Source of the DNA: an uncultured bacterium
Lineage (GTDB): Bacteria; Verrucomicrobiota; Kiritimatiellia; CAIKKV01; CALHGX01
Direction of reading: 5' to 3'
DNA length: 64,000 nt
NCBI GenBank assembly: GCA_938031185.1
Contig: CALHGX010000002.1
Coordinates: 16,010 to 80,009 of the forward strand
Below are positions 52,637 to 61,900 of the stretch, piece by piece (position 1 is the first letter of the stretch; every line of letters starts with the position of its first letter). Below the pieces are notes generated by a model. The model was not told where the DNA came from, ran no database searches, and saw only the letters and a program-made list of their open reading frames with translations. The position numbers were made by a program, and so were the translations under genes.

Positions 52637-53520
52637 AGACCTCTATGAGCCCGCAGCGGAAAGTCGCCGCAGCAGGACAAACGCCCTCCCGCCAAATCGG
52701 CGGCGCGCGGCGCGGCGTGGCGCTCGACCGATATGCAATAAAGCCGCCCGTCCCGCGGACACATCCAAGCGGCCGCCCGATACACCTCGCGCCGTCCGCG
52801 CAAGCGCCCCAGCCCCCTTACGGGACGATCGCCCTCCACCCATTCCACGGAATGACCCGCCGATGCGAAAACATCCCGGCGGCGAATGGAAACATCCGCC
52901 GGTTTCTGCAGCGCCAGCCAATCCCTCACCGTTCCTTTCAGCCATTCCGGAACCAGTCCCAGCCTCACGAAAGTCTCCCTTTGTCGCGGCGGCTTTCCCT
53001 TGCAAAACGTGATGTGCGTTGAAGCAGGCTGTACGCGGCACTCCGCGGGGCCTTCCCCGCCGGATACCAGCCAGTCCATGCCAAACGCCCGCCAGCGGCG
53101 CAAGTCCTCCCCCCATGGCGGCTCCGGTTGCATGCCTTCCAGGATGGCCCTCTGCAACGCCACATCCGGATCCCCCGGCCATATGAAGACGGCTTCCACC
53201 AAACACGCCTCCCGTTCGAAATACGCGCCAAGCCGGGATATCCATCGGCCGCCTTGCTTTCCCCGCAAACCGCGCCAGACACCTCTTTTCTCCGGCTGGG
53301 GGTCCGTGAGCCCCCCGGCCGTGGTCAGGCGCGCTTGATAGTCGGACAACATGCGTTCGAAGTCCGGGCGCCCCGGCACCTGCCGCCAGTTGAACTCGAA
53401 CCGATACTGATACCGGTCCGCAAAAACGCAGCGTCCCGCCGCCGGATCTCGAGAGAGCTGCAGCATTTCCCAATCCGCCGGCAGCTCCATCCGGAAATGA
53501 CGCCATACCCATAATCTCAT
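52633..53520 (-). CDS. Hypothetical protein, first gene of the operon
   Basis: The open frame runs 52633..53664, but that start is TTG. ATG candidates are 53571, 53520 (MRLWVWRHFRMELPADWEML...) and 53490. No family recognised. Confidence 0.5.
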   Translation of the reverse strand: MRLWVWRHFRMELPADWEMLQLSRDPAAGRCVFADRYQYRFEFNWRQVPGRPDFERMLSDYQARLTTAGGLTDPQPEKRGVWRGLRGKQGGRWISRLGAYFEREACLVEAVFIWPGDPDVALQRAILEGMQPEPPWGEDLRRWRAFGMDWLVSGGEGPAECRVQPASTHITFCKGKPPRQRETFVRLGLVPEWLKGTVRDWLALQKPADVSIRRRDVFASAGHSVEWVEGDRPVRGLGRLRGRREVYRAAAWMCPRDGRLYCISVERHAAPRAADLAGGRLSCCGDFPLRAHRGL

Positions 53521-53730
53521 GTCCACACCATGCCACCACAAAAACAGCAGCGAAGTTTCAGCAACTCCCATGCCAGACAAAGCCGACCGCGAATGGGCTC
53601 TTGGATTCCAAGGGAGAAAAGCAGGTTGGCCCTGTTTCGATTTTCTGAAGCCGCCCTGCGCCAATGACTATCGTGCACAGTATTCCGCGATTTGTGCAGG
53701 ACAGTATACACAATGCCCGGTTTTTTCGAA

Positions 53731-54438
53731 TCAACCCGTCGAGCTTTTCGAGCGGGTGTCCGAAGGCGAAAGCGCTTGGACCGGACAAACCGCCGCGCAT
53801 TCCATGCACTGGATGCAATCCCGTTCCAGGACGGTGCCGGTTTTTTTCCATGACACGATGGGAAGCCCCATGGGGCATACACGCTCACAAACCTTGCACT
53901 CCTTGCATTTCGCCCCGTCGAATTGAAGCGGATGTCGGAGCAGACCTACGATGTTTTGCATCGTGCCGCCTGGACAGAAGAAACACCATGCGCGTGGCCG
54001 CAAGAAAAAGCCGAGTATCACGCCCACGGCTGTGGTCACCAGGCACATGCCCCAGAAAACCCGGCCCCAATGCCGCCAATCAGCCGGATTCTGGAGTATT
54101 CGATAGAGCATGAACCCCATCAGAATGATCAACAGCGGCCACCGAAAAGCACGCTGTCTAAGAAACAAGGGGGTTCGCCCCATTCTGCTAATGGGCGCAA
54201 TAACACGATCAAAAAAGGCGCCGCGCGGGCACAGATTGCCGCATACATACCGTCCCCGGAAAACGGCCCCTATCAGCCCCATCAGCATAACCACCGGCAC
54301 GGCAAAACCTAGAATCGGATAACGCCATCCCAAGCCGATGACGATCGGAACGACAGGAACAAGTATCCACTGCACCTGTCTTCGCCGGCGAACACTAGCC
54401 TGCCACTCATTGTCTCGCTTCCTGATGTTTCCGTTCAT
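53731..54438 (-). CDS. Membrane-bound 4Fe-4S-binding protein (NapH/MauN/NosR-like)
   Basis: TM segments with CGNLCPRG and CFFCPGG motifs. The C-terminus has two ferredoxin motifs, CKECKVCERVCP and CIQCMECAAVCP. Confidence 0.8.
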   Translation of the reverse strand: MNGNIRKRDNEWQASVRRRRQVQWILVPVVPIVIGLGWRYPILGFAVPVVMLMGLIGAVFRGRYVCGNLCPRGAFFDRVIAPISRMGRTPLFLRQRAFRWPLLIILMGFMLYRILQNPADWRHWGRVFWGMCLVTTAVGVILGFFLRPRAWCFFCPGGTMQNIVGLLRHPLQFDGAKCKECKVCERVCPMGLPIVSWKKTGTVLERDCIQCMECAAVCPVQALSPSDTRSKSSTG

Positions 54439-54960
54439 AAACAAAGAATAACCCGTAAAGCGCTTCCTTTTCTATCATGATTGAGCGCGCATGGCCCGGC
54501 GAGAATGCCCGGCTTCCCCTGCGGCCCCTCGTCACTTCGCGCCTTTTTCCATTCCTTCACGTCCAATCGCGGCCGGTCGCGCAGCGCCATTCGGCGAGCG
54601 GCCCAATGCGTCCGAAGAAACGAAGACGCGCCTTCACGTCCCCCATGTTGCACAGCCAGGCGGCCATGCGCCTTTCACATCTTTTTGTCGCCATCTCTCG
54701 CCTGTTCATTCCAACGCCAAGCGGCAGCCGTTGCTCGCTTCAGCCGTCGAACGGATTCAATGGCATTCGCGATGCAGCCACAGCGCAATGTATCAAGCCC
54801 CCTCTTTCTTCAACCGGTTCTTCACGAAACATGGCTTGAAGAAAAGAAAGAATACGTCGTCGAGCAACTGAAGGATGGAGCCCCGCACCCCGGCGGGCCA
54901 AGAAAGATGGGGCTCGCCGTCCGATCTGCCAAGACCCGGAGCAAAGCGCGTGGGCACGGC

Positions 54961-55848
54961 TTACGGGGCAATGGAAACCGTCGTTGTGATGCTCTGGCTC
55001 TGGCCGTTGATGTCGCCGGTGCGGCCGCCTTTTTCGATCCACGTGCCGGTCACCGTGCGTTGACTCAACGTCACCACTGTTCCATTCACGATGCTGACGG
55101 CCGCTTGGAACGTGCCGACCATTTCCACTTCATACCCGGCGGCGCTTACGCCCCAGGCATGGAAATCGGCAATAATCATGTCCCCCGCGTTCGGCACCGC
55201 GTTCGGATAGCGATCTTGGTCCACGTTGCCCGTGGATTGCACACTGCCAAACCGGCCCTGATAAATGCGGCCGTTGTTGTCCGTAAACTGCAGAACGTTC
55301 CCCTCGTGATGTACGGTAAAGGAGTAAATAACCTTCCCGGTTGTGCCCGAGCCGCCGGCTCCAATCGTGCCACCGCCCAAATAGGAATAACTGGCTGTGA
55401 TGGGCGTGCCCGCGGCGGGCGGCACATCGAACACCACACCCCATCCGCCGGAACCGTAGTTGATGGTCCCGCTGGCCCCTGGTGTGCTTGAGACCAGATT
55501 GCCTGCCCCGTCATCCGCCAAAACAAACCCGCCCACCGTGATGATGGCAGAGCCCGGAATGATATTTCCGGAAATCAGCGAACCGGAAAACGTAGCCGCG
55601 GAGCCATTGCAGGTCCCCAACGTTTGGGAGCTCACATTGTTGGTGGAGCCGGCCGTTCCGCCGGAGACACTGTAGTCGCTAATGAGCACGCCACCGCCCG
55701 AACCGCGATAGACGCCGCTGAAATTGACCCAGTTGTAGCGGTCGCTCCAGCCTTCCCCTTCCCCGCTACCTTCCCATTCACAACCAACCAGAGCCGCCAT
55801 TACTGCAGAAAAAACGAGGAGCTGGAAACACTTGGTCATGCTCTTCAT
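54961..55848 (-). CDS. Gly/Ser/Thr-rich lipoprotein, function unknown
   Basis: MKSMTKCFQLLVFSAVMAALVGC carries a lipobox (LVGC). Lies 147 nt downstream of the giant gene. Confidence 0.65.
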   Translation of the reverse strand: MKSMTKCFQLLVFSAVMAALVGCEWEGSGEGEGWSDRYNWVNFSGVYRGSGGGVLISDYSVSGGTAGSTNNVSSQTLGTCNGSAATFSGSLISGNIIPGSAIITVGGFVLADDGAGNLVSSTPGASGTINYGSGGWGVVFDVPPAAGTPITASYSYLGGGTIGAGGSGTTGKVIYSFTVHHEGNVLQFTDNNGRIYQGRFGSVQSTGNVDQDRYPNAVPNAGDMIIADFHAWGVSAAGYEVEMVGTFQAAVSIVNGTVVTLSQRTVTGTWIEKGGRTGDINGQSQSITTTVSIAP

Positions 55849-55995
55849 CGGATCTACCCTTTCTCTTTCAAAGAGGCCGTTGGTTTCAACGGTGCTTTTG
55901 TCGCCTTTTCCGTGCGTAAGGTCAAGCCTTTGCAAAGCCTTGAACCTTCGTCACTCCACCCCAACGGCAAAGCGTTTCCGCTTGAAAACACCACC

Positions 55996-58900
55996 CTAGA
56001 ACTGCCAGAACACACGCAGCCGATAGAAGCCAACCGGACGCAATTGGCCTTCCCGGAAGCGGAATTCGCCCTTGTTGGGATCGAAGTCCACTGGACTTTG
56101 GTCGCTCACGTCCTCCCATGTCTTCAGGTCAGCGCTTCGCTGCACCTGGAAGCGCAGCGTCACACCGTCTCGCACGATAGTGCCGAGGCCCTTCGGCAAT
56201 CCATAGGCGTAGCCGTTGGTCGGACTCAACCATTTCACCACCGGCCCGCTGGAGCCCGCGGCGATGTCGTTGATCTCGAAGAGCATCCAGTCGCCTGCGC
56301 TCAATCCGAACGCGGCCTTAACGCGATACGGCACGCCATCCGGCCCGATACCTGGAGGTGCAATGGGGCTCATGTTCAGCGGCGACGCAGCATAGGACTC
56401 ATAATCGTTCGTCCCGTCGCCATTGCTGTCCGTATACCCCCGCACCGGCCCCGGTCCAGCCGTGGTCAGGTTCGTGAAGTACCGGTACTCCCAGTCGTCC
56501 GCGATCTTGTCGTTGTCCGTGTCGGCGAACATCACGAACACCTGCTGATTGCTCGCATTGGGCGGGAGCGTCAGCGCTTTCGGATCATACGCGTTGAGGC
56601 TCAAGAGCCCCTTGGATTCCCATGCATCGGGTCTGCGGTTGTTGTTCTGATCCAGGAACGCGCGGACGTAGTAGGTGCCCGGCCGCAGCCCTTTAAGCGC
56701 GAACGGAATCCAGTTCAGCGGCCATTGATTGGACGACACCACATTCGGCACCGTCACCTGCGCTTCCGGCCACCCGCCGCAGCCAACGGATGTGAAGGCC
56801 TGTACCAGATAGGAGCTGTTTGTGACCTTGCCGGGATAGACGACATGGCCGTACACCGAGTACGGCCCGAGCGGATTGTCCGTCAGGTCCAACGTAAAGG
56901 CGGAGAACACCGACGGCGTGCTGTTGACGCGCGGGTTTAGCCCCTGCACCTGCCAGTAATAGACGCCGTTCGTGAACGCGCCATCCCCCGCCAGGATAGG
57001 CAGCCGATACTCGTACGCGCCGTTCGCTTCACGGAATGGCGCCAGATCCACACGATCTAGGACGACAGGCCCGTTGGTTGCCCCACGGCGGATGGTAAGG
57101 CGGAACTGGACGGCATTGGTGTCCATCGCCCACTTGAAGGCGTTCTTCGCATAGCGCAACGTCGCGCCCACCGGTTCGATCGGGGTCGGCCGCGAATGGG
57201 TCGCCCCATAGACCACGTTGAAGGTGCCCGTCGAATAGGTCGTGCCATCGTTCCGATAGACGACCCAGCGGTAGGTCGCCATGCTGAAGTTGGTGATGCC
57301 CGCGTAGAGGGCATCGCCTTCATGGAACCATGTGCGCGGCGCCCGCATGACCCGGCTGACCACCTGCGGCCCGCCCGTAACGCTCATGTTGAAGATCGCA
57401 AGATTGTATGCGTTGTAATCCGGAAGCGCCGGCCACGAGAAGCGGCCAAAGCCGGGCAGCGAATCGGTCAACCCGATGGTAACTTCCACCGATCCGCGCC
57501 GCACATCAATCGGCTGGCCATAGGCAATGCCCGCCGGCTCGCCTTCATCCCAGATGGCATTCCCGTTGCGATCGATGAAGGCAAAGAAGTAGTTGTCGCC
57601 TTCCCGCAGATACCCCTGCGCCACTTGAGTGAACGTCAGGCGCATCGGATAATCGGTGATCGTCATCCGATAACGGTAAGCGGCCGAGACGGCGTATCCC
57701 ATCCCCACCGGATTGGTGTAGGTCAACGTCCATGCCCCACTGGCATAGTCTATTGTGCCGGCGCCACGGAGCATACCGACCAGACCGCCGCTGCCGTTGT
57801 CCAGGAAGGTGTTGTCGTCCGCCGTGTTAATCTGGACGGTGCCGGGCACCACATCGCCGTGCGAGAGGGTGCCCACCAAAGCGGACGGTAGTTCCTCGGA
57901 CGCCCCCAGCGACGGCTGATCCTGCAAGGTAAAGACGGCATCCGGCATCCCGTCCATGGCAGCTGAAGAATATGCCAGAATCCGCAGATTGCCTGCCGTT
58001 CTCAAGCCGGTATATTTCAGATTGAAAGTGATTTCCGGCACAGGATGATCCGTGCGGGAGAAGGGAGATGTCTTTTCCTGGAACTCGCTAACGTTGCTCC
58101 AACCATCGCCATCGCTGTCCAAGTGGGCATCGTAGAGACGCGGATCAAGACCGTTCGCAAGCTCCCAAACGTCCTCCATCCCATCAAAGTCGGTATAGAT
58201 TTCTCCGAAAATGCGGTACACGTTCCCCGACCAGTTGTAGAAATCGGAGAAACCAGCCTCGAATGTGTCGTACATGACCGGGCTGGTGCCCGCCTGTCGC
58301 TCAGCGACATTGGACAGTCCGTCCATGTCCGGATCCCCGTATGTGCCGTTCTCACCGGTCGGATCAAGCGGGTCAAGACCGTAGAGCTCCTCCCACCAAT
58401 CGGGCAATCCGTCTCCATCCGAGTCAAAGTCATCCTGCGAAGGAACACCACCGCCATCCCACATTTCCACGTCCGCGTCTGCCACGGCCCACCGCAACGG
58501 CATAAGGTCTGCCAAGACGCCAATACGCGCACGCGATGAGGGGCCGACCAGCGAAAATTTTCCTTCGAACGGGTGCTCCTGGTACTGAAAATCTACATCG
58601 GTACGATATACCATGGCATACGAATTGGCTGGATTACGGAACCGCAAGCCGCCAGGCTCATTCGTCGTGGACAACCATTCGGGGTCACCCACATCGAGCG
58701 GATGGTCAAATGGCACATGCGCTGCCGTGTTCTCAATCCAAGGAATATACTGGTAGTCAGTGTATTGCAGTGACTTGTCATTCGCATTAGCCCACCACGG
58801 AATCGCCGGCCAGTCAAGAGGCGCAATCCCGGACATAACCATTGGGAACGTCGGCGGCGACATGCCGTCGTGGTCGGGATCAGGCAGGTCATCGAATGTG

Positions 58901-61900
58901 CAAAGATAGTAGAGTTCCGCGCTTGTTCCACGGGAGGCCAATACATCCGCTCTTTTCATCCGCCGGCTCATGTTCGCCTGCACCTGCGCGGGTGTTCGCG
59001 CCCCATCCCACACGCGCACCTCGTCAATCCAACCTTCAAAGAAGTCGTACGGCATGGGCTGTTCGGGCAATGCCGCGTAGCCGTTGACAATGCCCGGGGG
59101 ATTGGCGTCGGCCGCGCCCACCACCAGCGGCGCTCCAAATGTGACAATCTCTTTGTTGCTCAGTCCAAAGCGTCCGTTGGCGGGTACGACGCCGCTGTCC
59201 ACAATACGGGCCACCTGCCCGTTCACAAAGAGCGTTAGGCGCCCCTGAGAATTGGAAAGGGTGCTCACGCTATACGTTGCAGCCAAGTGAGTCCATTGAT
59301 CGGACGGAATCGGGCCCCCCGCTTTGGCACTCGCGCTAGAAAAACCGTACGCCGTACCCGCCCCATCATATTCCACATAGGGGCGGCCATCCGGATCAAG
59401 AGCCAGCCGGAAATTCGCCCGAATACCCGGTGCGAGATTCAGCGGGTTGCCCTGCGGCAGCAGGAACGGCCGCTCCATCACAATTTGCCTGCGCCCCATG
59501 GCTGCTTGCGCTGGACGCACCCAGGCTTCGATCGTGAAACTGCGGAGCGCTTCCAGATTGTACCAATAGGTCGGCATCGTGCGGGCATACCCCTCACGAC
59601 CGGGCGGTAAAAGGAGAGCGCGTCGCCGTACGGGGCGCTCCGCGTCGAGCGGATCGGTAAGCGTAACGTTCAGTTCCATGTAGTCACCGAAATTGTCGTT
59701 GTCTGTATCGAACCCTTCATTGATCTCAAAATCAAAGATATAGGTGGGTTCGAAGGCCGATAAATCGGCGATGCCCGGCACCCAGTACCAAATTTCCCAC
59801 CAGGGCCGGTAATAGAGGTTAACCCAACTATTCGCATAGCCAGGATCCGTGATCCAGAACGGCGTGGGATCCGTATGATGGCCCGGCGCCCGTTCTGGAA
59901 GCACCTTTGGACCAAGCGCTTCCTCCTGATTCGGCAGCCCGTCGCCATCCGAATCCATATAGACCGTGCCGTTAACAAACGGCCACACGCGCGGATCGGC
60001 TACTGCGGGGGAGTATTGAGATGGAACTTCTGCATAGTCCCCGCCAAAAATCCGGGTCAACACGAGGTCATAGTGCCCATAAACCGGATTAAGGCCATGG
60101 AATACCTCGTAGTAGTCATCCATTCCGTCTTCATCTGAATCCGCATCGCCGGGGTCGGTCGAGGAATAGGGGTGTTCTCCGGGCCCGCTAAGGAACGGAA
60201 CATAGAAGTAGGGCAAGTCGTAAAGTTCCGTGTACCAATCCCAGTGCTTGGGCACACCGACATAGAAATCGGCAGGGTGATAGTACGCCTGACCGGGCGG
60301 CCAGAAATCGTATTGCCAATGATACACGGAAAGCGTGAGATATTCCTGATAGTTCTTGAGGCCGTCGCCATCCGGATCGGCGGCAATATCGGATGCCGTG
60401 CCGTTGGCCGGTCCTTCGTACGTGGCTTCCCATGGGTCAGGCAACCCATCGTTATCCGTATCCGCGGAGCAGGGATTCAGTCCGCCGCCGGTATAGCACT
60501 TGCCGCCCCACGTGGCGTTTGTGGTCACGACGGCGACAAAATCGTTGCTGATGGTGTTATAAACCAGATTGGTGAGTATCCCTTCGGGCACGTTATTAAA
60601 GTGGCCCCGCTCGCGACTATCAGAGAGACCGTCGCCATCGGTGTCTTCCGCGTTTGGATCCGTGGGGAAAATTTTGTTCATCCAGCTAACCAGCGGCATC
60701 AGTTCGTTGCGATTTGTAGAGGACGTCACAAAAGAAAGGAACTCATCCAGATTGTTCAGGCCGTCGCCGTCGCCATCGGCCGCCGCATCCGATGCTCCAC
60801 CCGACGCGGAGTTCGGATTGAGTCCCACATAAGCTTCCCAGCCGTCCCACATGCCGTCGCCATCGGAATCGTGATGATAAGACTTAGTAGCGTCCTCGGT
60901 CATCGTGGTGATGCCCAGCGGCTCGTAAACCAGCGCACCATCCGGGCCGCGGGATTCCTCCACGTTGTTATACGGCCTGGTATTCGGCGCCTCAGACCCG
61001 CCCGGCCCGGGCATCGCGCCGGGAGTGGGATAGAACTGTCCCCAACCCGTCCGCGGATCGAAACCATACAGGACATACACTTCGTTGTGGCGATTCGTAC
61101 CGTCAAAGGCCATGAAGTCGCCATCCGGATTGGCCGCGCCGTCGGGAATAGTCGCGCCCGGCGAAATCCGGGCCCATGGATCGTATCCGAATATGACTTC
61201 CCACCCATCCGGGAGGCCGTCCTGATCCACGTCAATCAGGAACGGATGAGACGAGCGTTTTCGGTTGGGGTAGAAATCGCGGCGGATGGTCTTCGGCGCC
61301 TCCGCTATGTCGGGGCTGAAGGCGCCTTCCTGCCAGGCGGTGTATTCACGCACATCGCTGTACCAATACCCGGATACGCCGCCGGAGGCGTAGTCATAAA
61401 GCACGTCGCCCTCCTGGCGGTCAAGCCCCGGCATGTCGGGGTGCTGAACGGCCGGATTGAACCGCCGCTGGGCCGGCCACGGCGGAATGGTATTGGTGAT
61501 CGTCGCGCCATGAGGTCCGACCTCGAACACCTCGTTGCTGCCGGCATGAGCCTGATGCCACCGATCCCAGGAGTACTCGTACCCGTCATCAAAGGTGTCT
61601 TCATCGCTGTCGGTGTTGTTGCCACGGCTCTGGTCACGGGTATCCGAAGAATTCGTGTACGCAATACGGACAAAATCAGGACGATTGCCGGCCGCGTTCA
61701 TGGGGAAAGGATAGTCCGGATGACCGAAAGAAATGTTCGAGTACACCAGCGGGACAATCCCGTCAGGGCCGGTCCATTCCTCGATGTTCGTCAGCGGCAC
61801 ACGGATGCGAGGCGATTCGTTGTAGCCCTCATAGCCGTCCGTGGTGCTCCATTTCCAGTCGCCGTCGGGATTGCCGTTGGGTCCGTTTTCAACTCGGTAT

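Noticed and set aside
54481-55491. 336-aa and 126-aa plus-strand ORFs spanning the 0.5-kb gap
   Set aside because: The sequence is Arg/Pro/Ala/Ser-rich and non-protein-like. The 3' two-thirds are antisense to the lipoprotein gene.
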